64,000 nt of DNA from NCBI RefSeq assembly GCF_963506605.1, contig NC_083279.1:56916001-56980000 (forward strand), in the 5' to 3' direction. Position numbers and translations under genes: made by a program. The stretch is from Zootoca vivipara (lineage: Eukaryota). The notes under the pieces were generated by a model. It was not told the DNA's origin, searched no databases, and saw only the letters and a program-made list of their open reading frames with translations. Shown here piece after piece: positions 50,701 to 62,935 of this stretch (its first letter is position 1; each line of letters starts with the position of its first letter).

Positions 50701-53700
50701 TTAAATTCCACAGACCTTGACACAGTGTTTCAGGCATCCCCTAGCATTGCTTCTTGACAGTGACTTTGGTGGTGGTAGGGGCCATAGCTTTGGGGGAGGG
50801 CAGATCCTTTGCATGCAGAAAGGCCCAAGTTCAAACACTGACATCTGTATTAAAGGGGGGTGGCATAAAGAGGACCTTTGGAGAGTCATGGCAGTCATAG
50901 CCTGACCTTGGCTGCAGCACTGACCAAGTGCTGGCTTACTGCAGTCTAATCACAAGTTTTATTTGACACATTGTGGAACTGTGATTCCATCTTTATGTTT
51001 TGGGTGCAGGTTTAGGTAGGCAGCTAATGTGCTGCTGTAGGAACAAGGCATACACCCTTATCGTCAAGGCAACCAAAACCAATACTATTTTGCATTAGGG
51101 AAGACGGAATTTTGTCATGATGCAAGAAGATGAGTGACTGTCCCTTATCTTTAAATCACCAAGTAAAAGCCATGGCAGCTCTCGACAGCTCTCATTCTCA
51201 CTAGCTTAGCACAAATAGCCATGAAAGAACCAAGGAAATGCATATCAAGAAAGAAAATAGAAGGAAAGCACTATTTCAAAGGTTTAAATTCTGACAGATA
51301 CGTATGTTCTTTTGGCAAAGGGACTACAGTATGTGTGCTTTCAAAAGAGCTGAATATGCAACTCGGCCTTTTCTAAATATATAAATGCAGAAAGGGGCAG
51401 TAGAATCCATGAGGTTCAGTGTCATCTCCCCTTGATGAAACGCCTTTAGGAACCCAGCCAAGATCCATGATGCATGACATATTAGTCTAGCTGTATGTCA
51501 ACAAGGCCTTCAAAACGCAAAGTACATCTGGGAAGTTATAGATGTTTGAAAGAAGCTGGTAAGCTAAAAGGGGTTATGGACAATATCTTTTGTGTCATGA
51601 AGGCAAAGCAGAGCTTCTTTGTTTGACTTTCCAAATCTTATATGGGAGTAGAATAGTATGTTTGTCATATGTTTATATAAACATAGGAGCTTTATGTAAA
51701 CTCTAAAGGCAGAAATGGCATTGTATATCGCACAGTTTTACCTACTGTGAAATGCATTACAGACTGCACTTTAGCATCGATTGGCAAACTCTCAGTCAAA
51801 AGACATGGTTAGGTTCACGTAATTTATAAGGGCCTTATGGAGTTGAGCGCTTTGCATACTGCCTTCTTGCAAACCATCAATAATTCTATATCTCAAGCTT
51901 ATTTTTCTAAAACTGCCAGATTTTGGGAAAATAAGTCCAAGATATGTTATGCTAAGTTTGTGTAAACAGAGGGATTGCTGACCACAAAGTGCTGCTGTGC
52001 CACTTTCGAATTCTGGGATTTGATTTTAGTGTTGGGGCTTCTAGGGAACAAAAACCCCATTTGGGAAATTCTATGAACCAAGTCTATGAACCTGACTGAG
52101 CAGAAAGGGCTGCATCTCAGCAACAGTAAGTGCACTCATCCCTCATACAAAATCCCTCATACAAAATGACAATTTCCATTGGCTCAGGATTGTGTACCTT
52201 AGTTGTCCCATTTGTATTTAGCTACCAACCATGAAAAGGCACTGAGTAAGCAGAGTGGCTTCAGGGCCTGATTTGGATGAGAAGGGTGTTCATTAAAGGC
52301 TGTCATCAATGCATCAATGGTACCAAACTTTGAATCCATGCCCAAGTTTGAGCATTTTGACAATTTGCATCATGTACACATTGAAATGACTGGCATTATG
52401 TATACAGGGAGTGACCACTTTGCATGCAACCAATGTACACAAAACCGCTTTTGCATGTGCTGCTTTTGGCCCTGGAATGGGATGGGGCCGAAATGGGCTT
52501 ATGCATGACCACTGATATGCACGACGACCCAGAATGCAACCTCTGCACAAATGGGGAGTTGCCTGTACACTGGAATAATTTGCATCATGTACACACTGCA
52601 ATGATGTGGGGCTGGAACAAGATTTTCCCTATGATGGGTTTGTCCCCCCTTTTTGGACAAAGGTTCTGTGCCTTTTGTCACTGTATGACCTGGAGAAATC
52701 CATCTCCTTTAGCTTTTTCAGTTATGAAGATGCAGTAATGGCTTGTCCTTGCTAGACATATATACAACAGAGATAGGTCCCGAAGCACCAGCTAATCCCA
52801 TAGCAACAAACACCTCATTGTCACTGGCAACAAAAGCTTTTGCAAGAACTAATAATAGAGCAGGATATACTGTAGTTTTGCCCAGCCATCTCTAGGTGCA
52901 GATCATCCACCATGGCCTTGATTGGGTTGACACAGGTTTAGGCTCCCTGCTGCTCTTCACAGGCTGTAGTGGAGGTAAATCTTACTGAAGCTAGAAGGGT
53001 CAGTTCTAGTTGAACTGTGACAGAGCCAAGCCTGGAGAGAGGCAGAAGCAGGGGTGGGCTCGGAGAACTGAGTCTGCTTGCCGTTTCACCCTGACTCCAT
53101 CTCTTTCCTGTGCAGGATTCTGATAGGAACATGTGGAGCTTTTATTTATTATTTATTTGATTGATGTTGAGAATGTTTACTCAGGGCACCATACAAAGGA
53201 TGATTAAAATAATTATAAAACCAAGGGAGCCGCACAAGGGAGCAAAGCAGCTAGAATTTCATCGTAAGGTCAGAATAAAGTGAGTCAATCTAAATGGAAA
53301 ACTAGATCCAGCCAGCAGGATGGATGCTGAACCAACCCACCTCCATGGGCCACTTTGACAACTGGACAGGCCCTCCCAAATGCCATTCTGCCTATCACCT
53401 GATGACACCATGACATCAGGAGATAGTACTTGTATTTCAAAGGAAAGAATAAGGAGCTCACACTAAATGTGCCGTCAAGTGATCATTTTTTCTTTTGCAG
53501 GTAGCACTTAAACTGAAGGTGCCACTGCAAAGGAAGAACCTTTGAATTCAATGTAGGGAATGTAAGGGAAGAATCAGGAGTGCACTCAAAATGCCCTCCC
53601 AATTCTTCCTTTGCAGCTGAAAGTTGATGCCAAAGGTGTCCATTTTTTGCTGCAAAGGTTTGCATTCAAAGTTGACTCTCCACTCTCCATCCTTTAGCCA

Positions 53701-56700
53701 CAGCTTGAACTTGTCTATGCGTGATGTGATATATAATGTCAGGCCCAGGAAAAATAGGCATGGTTTGCCCAAATCAATGGTTCTCACCACTGATCAAAGC
53801 AACCTTCAGCTGGTGCTGGATAGGAGGTGAGCTCCAGACCTGGGCACCATGACTGACAAGGCACTCTCTGCAAACACTGCCCACATCATCTCTGACAGGA
53901 AGGAGACTCAGAGAAAGGCCTATTACTTCGGACAAAGGCACCTATATACAGTTTTCATTCACTTTTCTAAGACACAAAAAGGGTCAGTCCTAAGACATTT
54001 TGGGGCTGATTACCAATTTAACCAAAGCACTACAAAAGTTAGTATTGCAACCTGCAGCTACCAAACTCTCTGTAAATCCATTAAATACTAATTTGAGGAC
54101 AGTATTTATGATGAAAACAAGGCACCCCCCCCCCCCGAATTTCATAGTTATTTGATGCAATGTTGCTACAGTAGCTGGAGGTTGCTGACTGCTAGGACAG
54201 AATGGTTACGTCCTCCTGATTACAGGTTTTTTTATGTTATTACCAAGCACTCAGTCTTGTATTTGAGAGCCAAATTCATCTTGGATGTAACCTAGTTTGA
54301 AATGAATGAAAGCTCCTGGCCCATTAAGTTTAGCCTGTGATAAAGTCAAGGGCAAAAGGATATTCTTATGCAAAGTAGCATCAATGCAGATATGCCACTA
54401 ATCGCTGTGGATTAGGAGGAGGATATCCATGTCCTCATCACACCTTCATGCTGATCTTTCTCTCTTTCTCATTTTTCTAAACACAAGTAAAAGGATTTAT
54501 TCCTTCCCCAGAGAAGACACAGTGCTATCTGTTAATGAAGCAACAGAGCATCATTAAAGGTGCAAATCTCTTATTATTTTGGAGATGGTGATTTGATAAA
54601 AGTGTTGTTATGCACAATGTCATATTAAAGGTGTTCATTTTGCTTCTCCAGACCCCAGCAAAACCTGTTAGCAAATTGGCTTCCAGTGATGGGTACAGCA
54701 AGATCAACCTAGCCATGCCAAAAGCTGATAATTCAAACTGGATTTAAGCACACACCTGATAGTTTGATCACGAAATCAGTTCCACAACCCACTCTAGCCC
54801 CCTTCACAGGTTAATTGCACGGTGGCAACTCCACGTGATTAAGAGGAAGCAGGGCTGTGCCATTCCTGATGACACAAATCTTCCTGGCCCTGACCCAAAC
54901 ATCCACACACTGAGAATGGACAGTGTAGAAACATGTTCTGGAATGCTGCATGATCAGGGCTGCAGAATCCACAAAGGAAGCTTCTGTGGTGCCACTTTTT
55001 GACTGATTCAGTAGGAAGATTCAGTAGGAAGAATATAAGACAGAGGCCAAATTCATATGGGAGATTCTGGGTGGCTTCAAAAAGACTGCCACTGGAGGCA
55101 GACTCATATGAACATACAAAATTGCAAGCTGGAAGTCAATTTCATTGGGCAAAGTGCGGCTGAAGTAAACATGCATAGGAACAAGCTGTTCAGTTCTCTG
55201 ATTTGTAAAAATTAAAGTGCCAAGCACCTGCCATGAGCAGGGAGGCACAGAACAAAAAAGCACTTTGGATCCAAAGTACTAAATAGGCTAATAATAAAGA
55301 CAGCACATTGGTATATTTTCAATCCTTGCGCCTCATGGTAGCTGTGATGTAGCTGTGATGGGACACAAAGCAACTATGCTGTCAATACTTCAGTAGCCTG
55401 TTAAAGGCAAATGTGGCAAATCATTCCTGCTAAGCTGCCTGACAGCTGCAATCCCATTATGAGACTATTGCTACATATCATGTGTGCAGGTTTGCTTGGA
55501 CGTAGATGGTTTGATGTTTATTGAGATACCATAAGCATAGTGCTGAAAGGTATACAAATGCCTCCTTCAGTCTTTATTCCTGGGAAATACAACCCCTTTG
55601 TGCAATGGACACTTTGTTAATAAAATAATGGGGTCTGTTGCCAGGCTAGTAGCACTCTCTGAACTCATTGCTCTAGTATAACATACAGAGTTGACATACA
55701 TGATGGAGGAAATGCGAAATATAACTTTGCCATGTTGACTGCTGGTTTACTGGTGCATTGGCCAATTAACAGCTCTTTCACCTTACTTATATGAATATTT
55801 ACAACCAGAAAAGCAACAGACAGATCACTTTGCATGCTATGCAATTCCATTGCAAACCAAAATCTGTTTGATATCAACTTACCTGCTATTAAGAAGAGAT
55901 ATACTACTCTGAAACTCAAGTGAAATGCCACAGTTCAATGATTAACTGATAATATATATTGAATTCAGTTAACATATATTGAATTTGGTTGCTGGGTGTA
56001 TGCTTAAGTATATTTAAACGGAGCTTATGTGAAATATCTCTGTCTTTATGCAATTATAAATGGAGATGCAGAAGTAGATTATGATTTTATTGCTTAAAAT
56101 GCATTTCCTCACTTAATCATAATGTTCTGAGTTAAGGTACATTGCAACTGGGAATGCAACTATTGGATAAAAACTAGGTTATGTTTCTCTTCCTTATGTG
56201 GGAATATGCATAAAAGATAATCATTTTGCTTAATGGATGTAAATTAAGAGTAGTGTAGATTACTGTTACTGTAAAAATAGGTTAAGATGTTTCTACCACA
56301 CTCTTGCTTATTCTGTTTCTAAATAAGCATGCAATTTACAGTAGTTATTAAATTAAAGGCTTACTACATGTTACAGACCAAAGTGCTGAGTCAAGTCCAG
56401 ACTACAATGTTTTAAATACACAAGCCACTTTCCTTTCCCTTTTTTCCTTCCTCAGTCCTTTTTCCTTCCTCAGTGTTTCCATCTTTCTGGTTCTACCAAA
56501 GTATATTATTTCATTTCATCCTCGGGTTTTACCTGTTGGCTGTGCCACCTATCTTTTGTAAATGTTTACAATAGCATCAGGAAAGTTGTAGCATGTAGCC
56601 ATTTGATGAGATAACTTGGTCCTGTGTAGATTTCACTAACAGATACATTCATGGCTACATTCAAGTTTCCTTAGTAAAAGTTACACTCACACTTTCTCAG

Positions 56701-57562
56701 CTGGGAAAGGATTTTCAGCCTCCTAACATGCCAGAGACAGGTGGATATCCAATATAGCCGCATGCTGCGGCATCTGCTAATGGTTACAGATTGCATTTAA
56801 AACAGCTATGCATCTGATAAGTACACTAAGTGTTGACAGGTATTCCGCTAAAGCAGACTGTACAATACTATGTACAATAATATGAAAAAGCAACATATTA
56901 CACCCATGTTTTAATCTAAGATGCCACTTTAGAAAGGTTAAACATTATTAACAGATGCAGACCTCATTTCACAGAATGCATTTTAAGGACAAGAGATCTA
57001 ATGGCCTGGTACACTGATCCATATCCATTCAATTGCAAAAACAGTCACAATTAGAATGGCTCTGTTATATAAACATATGAAAGTTTCCAAGCAGGTCTAG
57101 AAACATATGTAATTTGTTTCCCAATGTTTTGGTTATTTCCTTTCACATAGAACACCAGCAGAATAACTACTGTTTGTGGCAAGGCATGGGGATCCAACTT
57201 TGCATAACCTTTGCAATCATATGTTCCCCAGATTCATCTGCCAGTCATCAATAAGAGAACAAAATTCTACTACCACTGGAGTTTGGGCTGGTACTGTATA
57301 TTCCAGCGAGCATAAATGCATTTCCAGAACATAGTTAAAATCGCCTGTTTGGCAACAGGTTCTGGACCTAGCCTAGAAATAAACAGAGGCCCCCTGTGAA
57401 GGAAAAGAGGATTTTGCTTGAAAATTCCTGCCTTGAAGGACTTAGGAGCATGCCAGGTGAGGACTAGTGTGGTGCAGGCAATGCTTTCTTCTGGGGTTAC
57501 TCAAAGGTACAGAGTACCAGCACTTTCCCCCCAAATGTTCAAAATGTGGCACTTACTGCAGC

Positions 57563-57704
57563 NNNNNNNNNNNNNNNNNNNNNNNNNNNNNNNNNNNNNN
57601 NNNNNNNNNNNNNNNNNNNNNNNNNNNNNNNNNNNNNNNNNNNNNNNNNNNNNNNNNNNNNNNNNNNNNNNNNNNNNNNNNNNNNNNNNNNNNNNNNNNN
57701 NNNN
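57563..57704. other. Assembly gap (142 N)
   Basis: Run of N. Confidence 1.
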
Positions 57705-58314
57705 TTATACTGTATATGACTAGATACTCCAACCCAACCCTCCTGTGTTCCAAGGCCATCAATGAAACAGTTGGTGCCATTTTTATCAACACATCTTAAC
57801 AGTATCTAAGGGCTTCACTGTGGAAAAGGTTGTGGAAAGAATCTTCATTACATTCCTGAAATGAACACTCTGATGATCTGTTGTGGTAGTGATGTCTCCT
57901 ACAGCCCCCCCAAAAAACAAACAAACAAACAAGCATACTGGATGGCTTCAAGAATATGCAAAAGGTCTCAGTTCTGCTGAGTTCTGCCAATTTGTGTACA
58001 CCCACAGCGAACTGTAGAAGCAATCCTGTCTTCTGCAATTCACACAGGTTTGGGTAGAACGGAACATTCCATTCTCTGTCAAAATGTCACAGAGTGGAAC
58101 AGACTATTCTGTACTCGCCTAATCCTCTAGGGGCAGGTCACATTTGCAGGGTAGAATCTGCAGGTGGGAAAGTAATGTGTTTAATTCTACCCCACTCCTC
58201 CAGTTCTCTCCCAAATGCCCCCCCACACTATAGAATGTCTCATGCCTGCAACATGCTTCCACAAAGATCAATGCAGTACTTGTGTTATGAGATTAAGCTG
58301 CTAGACTACATTTT

Positions 58315-58520
58315 CAGTGAGGAATAGTGGTTAGTGTCGAACTAGGGCCAGGAGACCAGGTCATGAAGCTCACTGGGTGACCTTGGGCCACTCACTGCCT
58401 TTCAGCCCAACCCACCTCACAGGATTGTTGTGGGAGTTAAATGAAGACGAGGGAGAACCATGTATGCCACTTTGTGCTCATTGGAGAAAAAAATAGTGGG
58501 ATATAAATGGAATAAATAAA
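58315..58520 (+). mobile_element. CORE-type SINE (Squam3/MIR-like)
   Basis: A-box-like tagtggttag, core ctgggtgaccttgggcca.tcact...cctcacagg.ttgttgtg, and aataaataaa tail. Confidence 0.8.
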
Positions 58521-58547
58521 GTGTATATTGGTAGTTGTACCATTTGC

Positions 58548-60628
58548 TTTTTTTAAACATACTTTTTATTAATTTTACAAAATACAAAAAAAAACCCGGT
58601 ACATACATAAACACCTTTTCCACCTCCTTCCTACCCACCCACATGGGTCCTCCCCTGCCACAGAAGTATCCCATGTATGTGAACAGTCAGAGATGGTCCA
58701 TTTTATGCTTGGATTTCTGTCCTCCTCCCCCTCCCCTGACCCCAAAGCCCCCCCCTGCCACCAGGGAGCTCCAGCAAACCAGGGCAGTACGCAGGAGGCC
58801 ATCCATCCAACCATCTATTGTCATACCAAAAAAAGAGAAAAATAGAAATAGGAAAAAAGAGAAAAAAGAAAGGGCAAAAAAAGAGAAAAAAACAATACAA
58901 AACAGAAAAATTTTTCTTACATTCATAATTGTAAAACCATATTTTGTGGGCTTCCCCTCCCCCCCCTTCCCCGGTTTTCATCCCTTTTTTATCATCTGCA
59001 ACAGTTTCTTACTTTATAAAAATACACCTTTGTATCTTATACAACTTATAAATCAATTGTTAACATTTTCATCTAATATTCAAATCACTGAAAAATCAAA
59101 CTCCCATTTTATCTTCCCGTGCCTAATTTTTACTCCCTCTATAAGCCTCCATATTTTCACATTTTTCCAAAATCCATTCACTTTTAAAACTATAACTATT
59201 CTCAATTTAACCTTACATCCCCGATTACCGGCTCCACCCCACCAATCCAGCAAATTCCATAATCAGCAGACCAGTTATAAACCTGTTAATCCATCCTTAT
59301 AATCACAACATCACTTTCCCTTCACCCCACCCCCTGTTTACAGTCTTTTGCCATCCAGGCCACCATACAGGACCCCTGAATTTCTTCTCTTCTCTGCATA
59401 TTTTTTCCTTCTTCCCTGTGGACGTTCTGGAGTTCCAATAATACCAATCGTGCCCCCCTCAAAGGCAGGGCACTCCATCCAACTTTTTGTAGAGTAAAGT
59501 CATCATTTTTTTCGTGGTGTGCTTCATTTTGTGTTGAATCATCACAGTCCTCATCTTCATCTTTTCCTTCCAAATCACAGTCACCATCATTGTCATTCTC
59601 ACATTCATCTTTTTCAGTGTCAAAAGCTTCATCTTCTAAAAAATCATATTCTGCCATCACCATCTGAAATTGTTGCTGTAACTCTTGCCGTCGTGTCTCC
59701 TCTTGACATAGCTCTATTCTTGTTTCCCACATTAAGGTCAAAACAGACCGCTGGAACTCAGGGGAACACTTTTTTGTTGACATAGTTCAATCCTGCCAAG
59801 GTCAAAACTTGTCACGTGGGGTGGAATATGATCACAGTTTATTTTCTCGACTCCATTTTAACAAACTGGCTGCATTCTTCAAGTCTTATTAACAATAAAG
59901 TTCGAACTCACATTTCACAAACATTTAAACCAAAAAAGAAATTCCACAAAGTCCAGAAATACAAAGTGAAATAAAAATTGACTTATAAATCCTGATCAAC
60001 TCACTGGGTTGTCTGGGCTGCCGGCTCCCGAGGAAAAGAAAGGTTTTTCTTAGTCTTTACCTCTTGCTGCAGGGCTCACAACCACAGTCTCTCTCTCTCC
60101 CCTTTCACCCTGCATCAAAGGGGAGATTCTCTTTGATGCCTTTGAGGGATCCTTTTGAATTGCAAATCTTCTGTTTACGGCTTCGGGTTTCTATTTACTG
60201 TCTCTTTTGTTGCCGTGGGGGGGGGGGTGGCTTCCTCTTTTCTCCCCTCTCTCCCAGATCCAAATTGTTTTATAATCCAAATCGTGAGGTTACTTACAGT
60301 CTTGTTTCCAATCGTTTTATTTTCGGAAGAATCCAGCGCTCTCCGCCTTCGGCTTGAAGCTTCTCCCTGCTAGAATAACGTTGCCGCTCAAAATGCCCCC
60401 CGCGACTTCTACCCTCCTCGCTCCGGAGCTCTTATTAGAGCTAGCCGAAGGGTTGGGGAGTCCGGATTGGGGCTGTGCCGAGCAAATTTGCCCCCGGGAC
60501 GCCCTTCCCGAGGTTCTATGGGGCGCAGCGTCGCTCTCGCTGCCCTCCCCACTCCTAGCAGGGACGGGCCGTCTCGGAGACGAGACGAAACCCCGCCGAT
60601 CGGCGCTGGCGCTGAACCCGGAAGCCCC
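58548..60628 (-). mobile_element. Full-length non-autonomous L1-like retroelement
   Basis: 18-bp TSD GGTAGTTGTACCATTTGC (58530-58547 / 60629-60646), CpG-rich 5' end starting GGGGCTTCCGG, AATAAA plus A-tail at the 3' end, and no EN/RT motifs. Confidence 0.85.
59322..59783 (-). CDS. 153-aa acidic / predicted coiled-coil ORF inside the retroelement, function unknown
   Basis: ATG-initiated open frame directly after the 5'UTR, with an E/Q-rich helical segment then a D/E-rich tract. No family recognised. Confidence 0.4.
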   Translation of the reverse strand: MSTKKCSPEFQRSVLTLMWETRIELCQEETRRQELQQQFQMVMAEYDFLEDEAFDTEKDECENDNDGDCDLEGKDEDEDCDDSTQNEAHHEKNDDFTLQKVGWSALPLRGARLVLLELQNVHREEGKNMQRREEIQGSCMVAWMAKDCKQGVG

Positions 60629-61084
60629 GGTAGTTGTACCATTTGCGCCCCACTTTCAGAATCCTATATTAGAACACAGTGAGGCAGCCCTTTTCTGATG
60701 TGAAGACTACAAATGCCTTGCATCAAATTTCCACCAGACATCTTAGTTTACTGGTACATGATGAAAAATGATAATGCTGTATAATCTCTGTGGTTTCTGC
60801 AAAATACAATTTCATTCCCGACGACACATTTTTCACAGAAGGATTCTGCCATTATCAGCTTCTCATATATTGCAGGAACTTACTTTCCAGTTCAATTCTC
60901 CTTCATGTTTTCGAATGGGAAGGAATAAAGCTGTAATATAGTATCTATACATGAGAAGAGGCTTCTCGGGGCAGCCCACAGAGCAGGTTAGAGAACAATT
61001 TTTCTGATGAGAACTGTGTTTGCTCAAGGGTAATTTGTTGGGGTCCACATGTTGGCAATGCGAAGGGCCATTGGTGGGTGCAGC

Positions 61085-61436
61085 CAGTGGCGGAAGAAGC
61101 CCCTTGGGCACCCGGAGTGGCAAACATGACGTGCACCTGGGGGCGTGCCGTCACTACGTAGCATGCATGTGTGGCATCGCTACGTACGACACATGCACCG
61201 TATGTAGTGACACCGCACATGCGTGCTACATAGCTGTTTGCCGCCGCCGCTCCAGCGCTGTATGGATGGTGCCAGGATCCTCTGCTTGCGGCTGCAGCCA
61301 CGAGCAGAGGATCCCGGCATATGTGGTTGCGGCGGCGTGATGGCTGCTCATGCCGCCGCGGTGGGGCACCACCTTGTCACCCCTGGAGATGTGGCACCAG
61401 GAGCGCACTGCCCCGCCCCCCGTTGCGACACCACTG
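61085..61436. mobile_element. GC-rich non-autonomous hAT element
   Basis: Termini cagtggcgga / cgacaccactg and TSD GGTGCAGC / AGTGCAGC (61077-61084 / 61437-61444). Confidence 0.8.
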
Positions 61437-61839
61437 AGTGCAGCCAACCCCGTTTCTATTGTTCTCTTTCTGTCAGTCCATTCTCTTTCTCCTCCTTCTC
61501 TTCTGTCTCCATTGCTGATCATCAGACTGCTAGGGCAGGGACAGATCACTCTGCAGACAGCAGTGGTGACATCAGGAAAAAAAATCTGGGTGGGCACTGA
61601 AGGATCAAAGCACATTTCTAGGGGGGGGGGGAAGTTAGCTCTCTGAAATAAAGCCAACACTATAGGTAAGTGACAGGATCCCAGCAAAGGAGGTGCAAGT
61701 GGGGTAGGAATCTCCTTGTTTGGGCTGGTGTTTGCCCCTCCCCAACCTCTGGCAGAGAGCTTTTGAAATTAGATTGAAGACCACACAAAATTAGTCAGAA
61801 GACCACATGCAGCCTTAGAGTGAAGAATGTAGATGCCAC

Positions 61840-62520
61840 CATGCTTAAGATAATATTTTATTCTCTGTTTTAAATGTGCATTTTATATTTGACTTCCTTT
61901 AGTAATGTTTTATTTTGAAATGTTTAAGATAAATATTTTTTGCTAACTTTGCTACGTTAAATGTGCATTCTGTAGCTGACCTCTTTGCAATGTTTTATTA
62001 TGAAATCTTTAAGATAATATTTTAGTTTCCAGTTAAATATATTGCTTTGAATGTATACATCATATTTGACTTTCTTCAGCAATGCTTTATTATAGATTCA
62101 AAGAATCATAGAATTGTAGAGCTGGAAAGGACCCAAGGGTCATCTAGTCCAACCCCCTGCAATGCAGGAATCTCAACTAAAGCATCAATGACAAAGGGCC
62201 ATCTAGCCTCTGCTTAGAGTCCATAACCTCCTGAAGGAGTCCGTTCCACTACTGAATAGCACTTTCTGCCAGAAAGTTCTTCCTTTCTTGTAACTTGAAT
62301 CAATTGGTTCAGGTCCTACCCACCAGAACAGGAGAAGGCAAGCTTGCTCCATCCTCCATGGGACACCCCTTTAGGTATTTGAAGATGACCATCATATCTC
62401 CTCTCAGTCTCCTCATCTCCAGGCTTTATCCAGTTTTATTGTATGTTTTAATGTAAGCTGTAAACCACCTGGAGATTTTTTTGCTTTAAAATATAAACAG
62501 CTACAGAAATGAAATGAATG
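61840..62520 (+). mobile_element. L2-type 3' end with tandem units, interrupted by CR1
   Basis: Reverse complement of 8850-9180 on both sides of the CR1 insert; ends gtaaaccacctggag...aaatgaaatgaatg. Confidence 0.65.
62098..62425 (-). mobile_element. CR1 LINE 3' fragment
   Basis: agaatcatagaat (reverse complement of the ATTCTATG tail), gggtcatctagtccaacccc. Confidence 0.88.
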
Positions 62521-62763
62521 ATAATTATAATCATAATCAGATGACAAAACAAACCTTCTGGAAAGAAGGCTGTTACCTTGTAAGAGGGTCACTTTGAAAT
62601 TAAGTTTACTTTTGGCCCAAGCTGATCAGTGGTATTAGCAACCTAATCTGGTAGGAAGAAAAATATTTCTCAATAATGCGAGTAGGTTAACTGAGAAGAT
62701 CCCAAGGATGTTGAAGGTCTCTGAAAAGGTTAGAAGTTCGGTGCTTCATTGCTCCAACAGGGG

Positions 62764-62853
62764 CATAGCTGCCAAGTTCTCCCTTTTTTTAAGGGAAATT
62801 CCCTTATGCTGAATAGGCTTCCTCGCGAGAAAAGGGAAAACTTGGCAGCTATG
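62764..62853. mobile_element. 90-bp mini hAT element
   Basis: Perfect 15-bp TIR CATAGCTGCCAAGTT and TSD AACAGGGG / AATAGGGG. Confidence 0.92.
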
Positions 62854-62909
62854 AATAGGGGAGACTACTAGACTCATCACCACAATGGGAAAGACAAAAG
62901 CCATTTTGC

Positions 62910-62935
62910 TGCAGCAAGCCCAACAGGCGGCGCTC
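62910..62935 (+). promoter_or_regulatory. Candidate CTCF site with upstream (U) motif
   Basis: TGCAG-n5-CCAACAGGCGGCGCT resembles the CTCF core CCACCAGGGGGCGCT plus the U motif. Confidence 0.45.

Noticed and set aside
58535-59302. 255-aa plus-strand ORF
   Set aside because: Low-complexity antisense reading of the retroelement's 3' region, with a non-ATG start.
61020-61687. GC-rich ORFs of 100-150 aa
   Set aside because: Overlap the hAT derivative 61085-61436; no recognisable protein.
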